Source: an uncultured Oscillospiraceae bacterium (GTDB lineage Bacteria; Bacillota; Clostridia; Peptostreptococcales; Anaerovoracaceae). From it: a DNA stretch of 64,000 nt. The number at the start of each line of letters is the position of its first letter. Position 1 is the first letter of the stretch. This document shows, piece by piece, positions 28,058 through 36,582 of this stretch. The position numbers were made by a program, and so were the translations under genes. The notes under the pieces were generated by a model. That model saw only the letters and a list, made by a program, of their open reading frames with translations. It was not told the origin of the DNA and did no database searches. The stretch is from positions 45,978-109,977 of the forward strand of contig CAYTYN010000001.1 of the NCBI GenBank assembly GCA_964442135.1, given 5' to 3'.

Positions 28058-28633
28058 ATGACTTTAAAGGCGTCTTCTGCCATTTTAAATATGTATACTG
28101 ACGGCGGATGCTCGGGAAATCAGCTGGATAAAAACTTCGGCGGCTGGGGCACTGTTTTGGAATATGGAGATACTGAGAAGGAGCTTTTCGGAGGTGAGGC
28201 TGACACCACCAACAACCGAATGGAGCTGACTGCCGTTATACGCGGCTTTCAGGCTTTGAAACGAGACGGCCTTATTATCCGCGTATTTACCGACAGCTCC
28301 TACGTGGCAGAATGCTTCAGAAAGAAATGGTATCTATCCTGGGAGAAAAACGGCTGGATTGGCTCTGCGAAAAAGCCTGTGGAAAACAGAGAGCTGTGGG
28401 AAGAGCTCTTGTCCCTGACCCGCCGGCACGACGTAACCTTTTATCGCGTTAAGGGGCATGTATCGGTGAATAAGCTTAACGATACAAAGGCGAAGGCACT
28501 GTATGAGAAGTTTACGGAATGGAACGGCGACGGCTTTGATTACGACGGCTTTCTGCACATAACGGCTATGAATAACCGGGCCGATGAGCTGGCCAACGCC
28601 GGAATCAAAAAAGCCAGAGATGGCGACGTCTAG
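28058..28633 (+). CDS. rnhA: Ribonuclease HI
   Basis: DGGCSGN, NNRMELTAV, TDSSYV and the C-terminal NNRADELA catalytic blocks. AAGGAGG RBS. Confidence 0.85.
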   Translation: MTLKASSAILNMYTDGGCSGNQLDKNFGGWGTVLEYGDTEKELFGGEADTTNNRMELTAVIRGFQALKRDGLIIRVFTDSSYVAECFRKKWYLSWEKNGWIGSAKKPVENRELWEELLSLTRRHDVTFYRVKGHVSVNKLNDTKAKALYEKFTEWNGDGFDYDGFLHITAMNNRADELANAGIKKARDGDV

Positions 28634-28705
28634 GCCGCCATCCCGCCTTACCCTGAATGACCATGAAGACCGGGTCCGGTTCTTATGTCTCTATATCTTA
28701 AGGTT

Positions 28706-30145
28706 CTATATTATGTTTATCTGTTTCTTAATGTTGGTCAGTATCTCCTTTTCCGTGGCTGTTGCAATTCTATCCTTCATCTGCTTGGGCGCTTCCTCGT
28801 ATTTTATCATGTTTCCGCTTCCGCCTACGCAGCCTCCTACGCAGGCCATGCCCTCGATGAAGTTGTTAGGCAAAACCCTTTTGCTGGCCCGCAAGAGAGC
28901 TGTCTTACACTGCTCGATTCCTGAGCACGATACAGGGTTGAATTCGAAATCAGTTACCCCCTGCTCATTAAGGGCCTTCTTTACAGCCTCAGCCAGTCCT
29001 CCCGATCTTGCGAATATCCTTCCGTAGTAGGACGCCTGATTCCACTTGGTTTCCTCCAGCTCGCCGAGGACTATTTCCTTGCTGTCGAAGAGAGCTTGAA
29101 GCTCCTCGAAGGTTATGGCGTAATCCACGTATTTAGCTATTTCCGGTTTTCTCACTTCCGCCTTCTTTGCCACGCAAGGGCCGATGAATACCAGCTTGTA
29201 TTCCGGGTTGCTCTCTTTGACAAAACGGGCAAGCTCTGCCATAGGAGATAGATTGTGAGATATCTTATCCACCATAGTAGGAAAGGTCGTCTCTATATAC
29301 TTTACGAAAGCAGGACAGCATGAGGAGGTGAGGAATCCTTTTTCCACCAGCTCCTGTGACTCCTTGTGAGCTACCATATCAGCCCCCAGAGCTACCTCAA
29401 GCACCCGCTTAAAGCCCAGCCTTCTTATTCCCGTAATGACCTGACCTAAGTTGGCGTGTAGGAACTGGCTGGCTATGGACGGAGCCACTAGGGCTACCAC
29501 AGGCTTTGATATATCCTCCTTGCTCTGTTTTATCAGCTTTATCACATCGACTATGCTGGACACGTCCACCGTTGCGCCGAATGGACAGTGGTATACGCAG
29601 GCTCCGCAGCTTATACACTTTTCTTCATCTATACATGCTTCGCCTCCCTGAGCCATGGAAATGGCTCCTACCTTACATGCCCTCTCGCAAGGTCTGGCAA
29701 AATTGTGGATGGCGCTGTACTGACATGCCGATGCGCACCTTCCGCAGTCTACGCACTTGGTCTTATCTATATGAGCCTTATGATTGTTATCTATGGTTAT
29801 AGCGCCCAGCCTGCAGCTGGCTATGCAGTTATGGGCGAGACATCCTCTGCACAGATCAGTCACCACATATCCTGCCTCGGGACACTCGTCACAGGCGATA
29901 GGGATTACCTGAACCACGTTTTTGTTAGATTTGCTCCCTCCGATGGCAAGCCTCATCCTCTCTGCCACAATGGCCCTATCCTTATATATGCAGCAACGGT
30001 CGGGAGGTTCATTGTCCAAAATCACCTTGCTCGCCACTTCATTGAACTCCGCGAATACATCGTTGCCCTTCCATGTCTGTATGGCTACTTCCCTCAGCAC
30101 TCTGTATTTGATCTCCTGAACTCTGTTTTCGAATAATCTGTTCAT
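28706..30145 (-). CDS. [FeFe]-hydrogenase-like protein with N-terminal Fe-S cluster domains
   Basis: 479 aa with two ferredoxin-type CxxCxxCxxxC motifs plus extra Cys clusters. All three H-cluster motifs are recognisable: TSSCCP (L1), GPCVAKKAE (PCxxKxxE, L2) and EGMACVGGCVGG (L3). Confidence 0.8.
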   Translation of the reverse strand: MNRLFENRVQEIKYRVLREVAIQTWKGNDVFAEFNEVASKVILDNEPPDRCCIYKDRAIVAERMRLAIGGSKSNKNVVQVIPIACDECPEAGYVVTDLCRGCLAHNCIASCRLGAITIDNNHKAHIDKTKCVDCGRCASACQYSAIHNFARPCERACKVGAISMAQGGEACIDEEKCISCGACVYHCPFGATVDVSSIVDVIKLIKQSKEDISKPVVALVAPSIASQFLHANLGQVITGIRRLGFKRVLEVALGADMVAHKESQELVEKGFLTSSCCPAFVKYIETTFPTMVDKISHNLSPMAELARFVKESNPEYKLVFIGPCVAKKAEVRKPEIAKYVDYAITFEELQALFDSKEIVLGELEETKWNQASYYGRIFARSGGLAEAVKKALNEQGVTDFEFNPVSCSGIEQCKTALLRASKRVLPNNFIEGMACVGGCVGGSGNMIKYEEAPKQMKDRIATATEKEILTNIKKQINII

Positions 30146-30189
30146 AGCTTTTCCTCGATTCCATATCGGATTTTTATTTATATGTCAAC

Positions 30190-30954
30190 TCACTCGCCGT
30201 GAGAAATCTCTCCGTTTCCCGTAATAGGTATCACATCTCCGCCTACGGCAGAGCCTATGTTAAAGAGCAGCAGGAAGAAATCCTTGTTTCTGGCAGCTAT
30301 CTCTCTAAGCTCCCTGTATGCCTGGCCTGAGTATTCCTCCTGGTCGGCTCCTACTCCTAACAGCTCCATCCCCAGCTTTTCCCCAATGTATAAAGCTCGG
30401 TACAGGTGGTACGTCTGGCTGACCACTATGGCCTTCTCCACTTGAAATATGTCTATTGCCCTTGCCATAGATTCATATGTGGAAAATCCCGCGTGATCGC
30501 AGAATATATCCTCCGCCGGCACTCCCGCATTCAGGGCATAGTTCAGCATGACGTGAATCTCGTTATGGCCTTGTGTCCCGTTGTCTCCCGACAAAAGGAG
30601 CTTAGGCGCGTATCCTTCCATATACAGCCTTATCCCTGCATCCAACCTGTCCTTAAGAATTGTAGAAGGGGTTTCTGAATCCTTTAACCCTGCTCCCAGC
30701 ACTATGATGCAATCGGCCTCCAGCTCTTTCAGAGCCTCATCTGCATCGTCAGTTATCTCTGCAAACGCTGTGGCGCTGCCTGCGTAATCCTCTGCCTCCG
30801 GCCCATCTTCGTCTATATCGCCGAAAGAATACTGTATACCACTTTTGGCGTACTGAACCACGTGATTATTGACCATCATGGCCCCAAAGCCTGAGATAAC
30901 TGCCACCGTTACTACAGCGAAAATAAATATTTTCAGCGTTTTCTTAAATTTCAT
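30190..30954 (-). CDS. SanA/YdcF (DUF218) family membrane-anchored protein
   Basis: N-terminal TM helix, then a DUF218-like core (CIIVLGAGL..., LLLSGDNG). Confidence 0.75.
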   Translation of the reverse strand: MKFKKTLKIFIFAVVTVAVISGFGAMMVNNHVVQYAKSGIQYSFGDIDEDGPEAEDYAGSATAFAEITDDADEALKELEADCIIVLGAGLKDSETPSTILKDRLDAGIRLYMEGYAPKLLLSGDNGTQGHNEIHVMLNYALNAGVPAEDIFCDHAGFSTYESMARAIDIFQVEKAIVVSQTYHLYRALYIGEKLGMELLGVGADQEEYSGQAYRELREIAARNKDFFLLLFNIGSAVGGDVIPITGNGEISHGE

Positions 30955-31115
30955 GGATACCCCTTTTACAAATTATCAAGAAATGTGATACAATCAAATT
31001 GGCCTTCTATTGTATACCACTGCAATAGTATACCATAAAGGTCTATTTCTTTCTCGTTTATTTCGTCAGTAAGAATTGATCTAAAGCCGATATTTCAACG
31101 TTTAGGAGATCAGAT

Positions 31116-32159
31116 ATGAAAAAATTCACGATTTCTGCGTCATCCTCTTACGATGTCATAACCGGATTCGACATAATTAAGGATACCGGAAAATATATAA
31201 GCCGGGTTTTAAAGCCGTGCAAGCTTTCCATAATAACTGACAGCACCGTCAACAGCCTCTATTCCCAGGTTGTCCTGACCTCTCTGATGGAAAACGGTTT
31301 TCAAACCTCTAAGATAGTCTTTCCCTCCGGTGAACGCTCTAAAAATCTGACCACCTACACCAATATTGTGGAAGCTCTGGCAGATGAGGGCATTACCAGG
31401 TCGGACGCCATAGTCGCTCTCGGCGGCGGAACTGTAGGAGACGTGGCAGGATTTGCGGCAGCCACCTATATGAGAGGTATTAAGTACGTGCAGATCCCTA
31501 CTACCTATGAAGCGGCCTGCGACGCGGCCTGCGGAGGAGAGACCGGTCTGAACCTGCTCAGAGCCAAAAGTATGGTAGGCGCTTTCTGGCAGCCGTCCCT
31601 CGTTATCTGCGACTATAAGCTGTTCGAATCCCTCCCCCGTATCAGGGTTATGGAGGGCGCTGCCGAAGCGGTGAAATTCGCCGCCATATCAGAGCCAAGT
31701 CTGGCAGATCACATCCTTAAAGGTGATTACGAATATGTAGTGGAAAGATGTATTTCCATAAAGAAGTCACTCATCGAAGCCGACGAGCTGTGCTATGGAC
31801 TGCGCCAGCTTTTAGACTTTGGTCATACCGTGGGTCAGGCTGTGGAAAAGCTCAGCTCCTATAATATGTCCCACGGTCACGCCGTTGCCATAGGCATGGT
31901 AGCCGAATCCAAGGCCGCCTTTAACTTCGGTCTCACAGAGAATGACATAAGCGGCGAGCTTTCCGGCATATTGAAGCAGTTAGGCTTCGACACTGCCTGT
32001 CCCTGTACGGCAGATGATATATATGAGCTTGCTGTCTTGGATAAAAAGGTTTTCCACGATCAGGTCAGCGTTATCGTTCCGAAAAGGTTTGGGAAGTGCT
32101 GCCTCCATAAGATCTCCGTATCAAGCCTGAAGTCGTACATAAGGGAAGGCCTGAAATAA
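31116..32159 (+). CDS. 3-dehydroquinate synthase family protein (divergent active-site motifs)
   Basis: GGGTVGDVAGFAAATYMRGIKYVQIPTT and HGHAVAIGM match the AroB fold. However, the conserved VDSSVGGKT block reads CDAACGGET and GHTFGHA reads GHTVGQA. Confidence 0.8.
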   Translation: MKKFTISASSSYDVITGFDIIKDTGKYISRVLKPCKLSIITDSTVNSLYSQVVLTSLMENGFQTSKIVFPSGERSKNLTTYTNIVEALADEGITRSDAIVALGGGTVGDVAGFAAATYMRGIKYVQIPTTYEAACDAACGGETGLNLLRAKSMVGAFWQPSLVICDYKLFESLPRIRVMEGAAEAVKFAAISEPSLADHILKGDYEYVVERCISIKKSLIEADELCYGLRQLLDFGHTVGQAVEKLSSYNMSHGHAVAIGMVAESKAAFNFGLTENDISGELSGILKQLGFDTACPCTADDIYELAVLDKKVFHDQVSVIVPKRFGKCCLHKISVSSLKSYIREGLK

Positions 32160-32173
32160 GTCTTCCCTTTTTC
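32141..32173 (+). terminator. Intrinsic terminator of the aroB-like gene
   Basis: 8-bp stem AAGGGAAG (32141-32148) / CTTCCCTT (32162-32169) followed by a T-run. It overlaps the last codons. Confidence 0.6.
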
Positions 32174-32181
32174 TCACTGCT

Positions 32182-32754
32182 CTATGAAAAAGGCTGCCGC
32201 CCAGATCTGATCCTATCCCATTCCTCCTTCAGCATGGAATAGCAAAGGGAGTCTCTGCAATGGCCTGTGTATATCCTGTACGCCCGCCTTATGGTACCCT
32301 CATATGTAAATCCGACCTTTTCTATAACTCTCTGAGACCTCTTATTCTCAGGTCCTGTGCAGATTCCTACCTGCTTCAGTCCGGCTCTGTAGAAACCGTA
32401 GTCGAGAACCGCCCGAACGGCTTCCGGCATCAGTCCTCTGCCCCAGCAGTCCTTTGCCAGGGAATATCCTATCTCACGGCTTTCGGATTCCTGCCGAAAC
32501 TTGTCCGGCTCCAAACCTATACTCCCTATTAACCTGTCCGAGCCTTTTAACCTTATGGCCCAGACCCCATTTTTCATGAACATTTCCCTTATTACGGCCA
32601 GTGATTCTTCTATGCTTTCGTGAGGCTTCCATCCGGCGTGAGGTCCTACGTCGGGATCCTTGGCGTACTCATAAAGACCTTCCGCGTCCTCGGGCACAAA
32701 GGGTGAAAGAATAAGCCTTTCTGTCTCCAGTCTTTCAATCCTGAACTCCTCCAT
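32182..32754 (-). CDS. GNAT-family N-acetyltransferase (RimJ/RimL-like)
   Basis: 190 aa. LSPFVPEDAEGLYEY and the acetyl-CoA-binding-type segment GRGLMPEA...N..S.RV.EK.GF are typical of the family. Confidence 0.85.
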   Translation of the reverse strand: MEEFRIERLETERLILSPFVPEDAEGLYEYAKDPDVGPHAGWKPHESIEESLAVIREMFMKNGVWAIRLKGSDRLIGSIGLEPDKFRQESESREIGYSLAKDCWGRGLMPEAVRAVLDYGFYRAGLKQVGICTGPENKRSQRVIEKVGFTYEGTIRRAYRIYTGHCRDSLCYSMLKEEWDRIRSGRQPFS

Positions 32755-32763
32755 GTTATCCTC

Positions 32764-32797
32764 CTTAAAAGGCTGGCCGTTATTCCGGCGCAGCCTT
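32764..32797 (-). terminator. Intrinsic terminator after the LtaS-like gene
   Basis: The minus strand reads AAGGCTG-CGCCGgaataaCGGC-CAGCCTT followed by TTTAAGG. The GNAT RBS follows directly. Confidence 0.6.
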
Positions 32798-32806
32798 TTA
32801 GTACCT

Positions 32807-34792
32807 CTACTCTGTTGTGCTGACGATCTCCTTGCTGGATTTATCGATCTGACTTACCTTCATCTCGCTTGCGTCCGCAGGATCCACATCCTCCAATAAT
32901 CCCAGCAGGTTCGGACCCAGATATATGGTGCTGAGCGTCTCTCCGTTCAGGGTGACCTTACTGTATTCCGTAAAGTTTTCTCCCTTTATATAGTATTTTC
33001 CGCCTATGCTCACCACCTTATCTATCTTGATTGTCTTCACTCCCATCTTCATGTCCGTGGCTTCGAACGGGTTTTCTCCGCCGTACAGGTAGTAGTTCCC
33101 GTACAGGATATCGTATGCTATCATCTTCAGGTCGTCCAGATAATCCTCTGAATCCCAGTCCGCTGTCTGATGGTACTTGATGGTGGTTCCCGTGTGTATG
33201 CCCAGTCTGTCAAAGATCACAGAGGCCAGCTGATACGTTGTAAGGTCCATATCCTCCTTTTCCATGTCGAAGTTGCTCCATACTACGTACTGAGTCTGAT
33301 AGAGATCGTCTCCATCGTAGGAATCTTCAGTTACATCGAGGGCCGGAATGTGATCTCCGAAAATTACCAGCACCACCGGCTCATCATAGGCCTCCAGCTC
33401 CTCCGTCAGCGTTTGAAGGAACTGATCCATCTCGTAGATCTGGTTCACATAGTATTCGTACTTCCACTTCATCTCCTCAGTAGGAGCGTCGGTTACGGTA
33501 ATCTCAGGATCCTCGATTACCTGCTCCTCAGGATACTTTCCGTGTCCCTGCACTGAAATGGTGTATATAAAATCTCTTTCCTCTGTAGATTCCAAAGCGT
33601 CCATAATCGGCGTCGTAAGGTTCTCGTCCTTTGCCCAATTCCTCGGCGTCTTCGATACGTCGCTCATGTATTCTACTGATGTATAGGTATCGTATCCTAT
33701 GTTACTGAACACCTCATTTCTGTTGTAGAAGAGCGCTCTATGATTATGTATGGCGTGAGTGGAAAAACCCAAGCTTTTCAGGTCATAGGCTATGCTTTCC
33801 GCCGTCTCCTCCTTAAGAATGGATTTAAACGGGTATTCTCCCGGTCCGAAGAACTTTACACTGATACCGGTCATAACCTCGAACTCTGTGTTAGCTGTTC
33901 CGGCTCCGCAGGCCGGCACCGTAAGGCTGCCCGAAGAATAGTTTTCCATCAGGCTTCTGAAAAACGGAATCGCATCCTGCGAAAGCTCTATGTTATTGAA
34001 AAGCTCCGGATCCGTGAAGGACTCAAGCTGCAAAAAAATGATGTTGGGATATTCCTCATCCACATCGGTTTCCTCCAGCTGCATGGTGCCGTCGCTTCCA
34101 TACTGATCCTCGCTGAATATGCTTAACACAGCCTCCTCAGAGTATCCCGACGGTTGCTGGATGCCTGTGTTCAGCCAGGTGTTTATGAAGCAGTACGGCA
34201 CGCCGTAATCCTCATAAGCGTACGCCAGATTTCCGAAGAATGTAGCCAAGACGTTCACTCTTATCAGCCCCGCAGTCGAAACGAAGGTAAAGCCGATTAC
34301 CAGCACCACGGTTAAAATATTTCGCTTTATATTCATGGAGTCCTTAGGCACCTTCGGAGCCTTTATCCACAGTATGACCAGGACGGCTAACCCTACAACG
34401 ATGCCTGTGGCAATCCCTATGAGCTGAGCTATGGTGAAGTAATTAGTCAGCATAGTGGCCGCATCGGTGACGGCGCTCAGATCCTTTACGGTAAACGGCG
34501 TCATCCTTTCCATAAGGATAACTCCGTTGGTTATACCCACAGCGAGCCACATACAGCTTATGACCACTATGAAGAATATTCTTCTCCTGAAAAGCAGAGC
34601 AACTGTGAGTGTGGCAAAGATGACCAGCGAGTTGTACAGGAAAACCACCGGACTGGAAATGAGAAACTCAAGTCCGCCGGTTCCCTTCCTCGCCAGCGTT
34701 TCGATGACCATGTTCAGGACGAATCCCCAGACAGCGCAGAAACACAAGGGATTATGAAGATATTTACTGTAGAAGTCCTTTGCTTTTGTCAT
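32807..34792 (-). CDS. LTA-synthase/sulfatase-family membrane protein (phosphoglycerol-transferase-like)
   Basis: 661 aa with five or more N-terminal TM helices. The extracellular alkaline-phosphatase-superfamily domain has QLESFT and PACGAGTANTEFE (metal/nucleophile region). An extra ~90-aa beta-rich C-terminal domain follows. Confidence 0.8.
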   Translation of the reverse strand: MTKAKDFYSKYLHNPLCFCAVWGFVLNMVIETLARKGTGGLEFLISSPVVFLYNSLVIFATLTVALLFRRRIFFIVVISCMWLAVGITNGVILMERMTPFTVKDLSAVTDAATMLTNYFTIAQLIGIATGIVVGLAVLVILWIKAPKVPKDSMNIKRNILTVVLVIGFTFVSTAGLIRVNVLATFFGNLAYAYEDYGVPYCFINTWLNTGIQQPSGYSEEAVLSIFSEDQYGSDGTMQLEETDVDEEYPNIIFLQLESFTDPELFNNIELSQDAIPFFRSLMENYSSGSLTVPACGAGTANTEFEVMTGISVKFFGPGEYPFKSILKEETAESIAYDLKSLGFSTHAIHNHRALFYNRNEVFSNIGYDTYTSVEYMSDVSKTPRNWAKDENLTTPIMDALESTEERDFIYTISVQGHGKYPEEQVIEDPEITVTDAPTEEMKWKYEYYVNQIYEMDQFLQTLTEELEAYDEPVVLVIFGDHIPALDVTEDSYDGDDLYQTQYVVWSNFDMEKEDMDLTTYQLASVIFDRLGIHTGTTIKYHQTADWDSEDYLDDLKMIAYDILYGNYYLYGGENPFEATDMKMGVKTIKIDKVVSIGGKYYIKGENFTEYSKVTLNGETLSTIYLGPNLLGLLEDVDPADASEMKVSQIDKSSKEIVSTTE

Positions 34793-34795
34793 AAA

Positions 34796-35656
34796 TTAAT
34801 CCTCCAATACCTCACTAATGCTGTTCGCTATGTCAGCGAACTCCCTGATACTTAAGGTTTCCGCCCTTCTCGACGGATTGATCCCCGCTCTGTCGAGGCA
34901 TTCCCCTATCTGTTCCTTCGTAAGAGAGCACGCGGCTCCGAGGGAATTTAAAAGGGTCTTCCTCCTCTGGCCAAAGCCTGCCTTTATGCATCTGAAAAAA
35001 AGCTTCTCGTCGTCGAGATCTACTTCCTTTTCCTTCCTCAAGTCAAAACGGAGTACCGTGGAATCCACCTTGGGAGCCGGTACAAATACAGTTCTCGGAA
35101 CCCTGGCAACCTCTGTCACAGTGCAGTAATAGTTTACAGCTGCGGTTATAGCCCCGCAGGTCTTTCCTCCGGGGGACGCCTGTATCCTGTCAGCTACCTC
35201 CTTCTGCATCATAACGGTAATGCTCTCTGCGTGAATCCCCTTTTCCAGCAGATGCATTATGATAGGGGTAGTGATATAGTAAGGAAGATTTCCGATGATT
35301 TTGGCGGTCTTAAAGCCTTCTCTTTCGATTATTCCGTTCAGGTCGGTCTTAAGCACGTCGGCGTTAATGATCTCTACGTTATGGAACTCCTTAAGGGTCT
35401 CCTCCAGAATAGGGATCAGCCTCCTGTCTATCTCAACTGCTACTGTTTTTTTTGCTCTCGCCGCGGCCTCTGCCGTTATAACTCCCATGCCCGGACCTAT
35501 TTCTATGACGAGATCGTCACTTCCTATGTCCGTAGCGTCGATTATCGCGTCCACTATATTTTTATCCGTAAGGAAATTCTGACCCAGACTCTTTGAAAGC
35601 TGAAAGCCATACCTTTCCCTCATCTCTCTTATGGTTTCCGGCGAATAGAGCTTCAC
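34796..35656 (-). CDS. rsmA: 16S rRNA (adenine1518/1519-N6)-dimethyltransferase
   Basis: KSLGQNFL, the SAM motif EIGPGMGVIT, and NLPYYITTPI. Confidence 0.93.
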   Translation of the reverse strand: MKLYSPETIREMRERYGFQLSKSLGQNFLTDKNIVDAIIDATDIGSDDLVIEIGPGMGVITAEAAARAKKTVAVEIDRRLIPILEETLKEFHNVEIINADVLKTDLNGIIEREGFKTAKIIGNLPYYITTPIIMHLLEKGIHAESITVMMQKEVADRIQASPGGKTCGAITAAVNYYCTVTEVARVPRTVFVPAPKVDSTVLRFDLRKEKEVDLDDEKLFFRCIKAGFGQRRKTLLNSLGAACSLTKEQIGECLDRAGINPSRRAETLSIREFADIANSISEVLED

Positions 35657-36213
35657 TGGGTCTCACCGGCCTTTTTCTCGAATTCGTCTCTCGTTATGCC
35701 GAAGCTGTTCAGTCTCTTCAGGAATATTTTTCCATTCCCATAGCCTATGCCCAGAGCCTCTCCCAGACGGGCTCTTCTTTCAGAAGCTCCCGATCCTCCT
35801 GACAGGCCGAATCTTTCCATGTCCTTCACAGTAAACTGATCCTCTTTTTTTTCGGAAGCGGCTTCCATATTTCGAAGAGCCTTTTGCAGAGCCTCTATTA
35901 TATCACATGGGTCGGCGTTTTCAACGCCGATATCACTTTTTTTCATGGCCTTATCCCTGGGCAGGAAGGCCTGTCCTGCGTCAGGATAGCGCCGGAGTAT
36001 CTTCCGGCGGATATTCTCTCCGGCTCTGTCCGGATCCGTCAGAATGATAATTCCCTTCGTCCTGTAGGCTCTATCTATTCTCTTCCACATTTCCTCCGAC
36101 ATTCCGAACCCGTGAGTTTCTATGGTCACAGCATTCACGGCTCGATTTACGGCACAGGTATCGTCCCTGCCCTCTACTATGAGCACCTGCTCTATCTTCG
36201 GTCTACTCATCAT
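35653..36213 (-). CDS. rnmV: Ribonuclease M5
   Basis: Toprim domain with IVEGRDD and ILTDPDRAGE. Conserved rnmV-rsmA pairing. Confidence 0.88.
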   Translation of the reverse strand: MMSRPKIEQVLIVEGRDDTCAVNRAVNAVTIETHGFGMSEEMWKRIDRAYRTKGIIILTDPDRAGENIRRKILRRYPDAGQAFLPRDKAMKKSDIGVENADPCDIIEALQKALRNMEAASEKKEDQFTVKDMERFGLSGGSGASERRARLGEALGIGYGNGKIFLKRLNSFGITRDEFEKKAGETQ

Positions 36214-36550
36214 CCTCTCCGCTGTCGTCTGCGATACTTTCTCCCACTTTCGTCCCCTCTTCTCCTATTATATAGAGCACTTCTCCCGGCTTGACCATTC
36301 TAAGCTGCTGCCGGGCCTGCTCTTCTATATATTCAAGATCATCCGCGTTATCAAGCTCGTTTTGGAGCTGGCTCTTCTCCTCCTCAAGCTCAGCGTTTTG
36401 CTCGGTAAGCTCCCTGTTCTCCCTGTAGAGAGAGATTATGTTCTTCACAGACATTGCCGACAGAGACAGGAGAGTCACCACCACTACAGTGAATATCAGT
36501 CTGACCGGATTTATTCTCCTTTTTTTCCTTCTTCGTACTGTTCTTTCCAT
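36203..36550 (-). CDS. Septum formation initiator family protein (FtsB/DivIC-like)
   Basis: Start set at MERTVRRRKK (ATG 36550). Basic N-terminus, one TM helix, a coiled coil, and the EYIEEQARQQLRMVKPGE block typical of the family. The upstream part of the track ORF overlaps the M23 gene end. Confidence 0.7.
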   Translation of the reverse strand: MERTVRRRKKRRINPVRLIFTVVVVTLLSLSAMSVKNIISLYRENRELTEQNAELEEEKSQLQNELDNADDLEYIEEQARQQLRMVKPGEVLYIIGEEGTKVGESIADDSGEDDE

Positions 36551-36582
36551 GCTTATCTCCGTCCCTGTACTCGTCTTATCTG

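Noticed and set aside
28634-28705. Hairpin AAGACCG...CGG(T)TCTT between the convergent rnhA and hydrogenase genes, considered as a terminator.
   Set aside because: The stem is short and bulged, and no U-tract follows on either strand. It is too weak to call.
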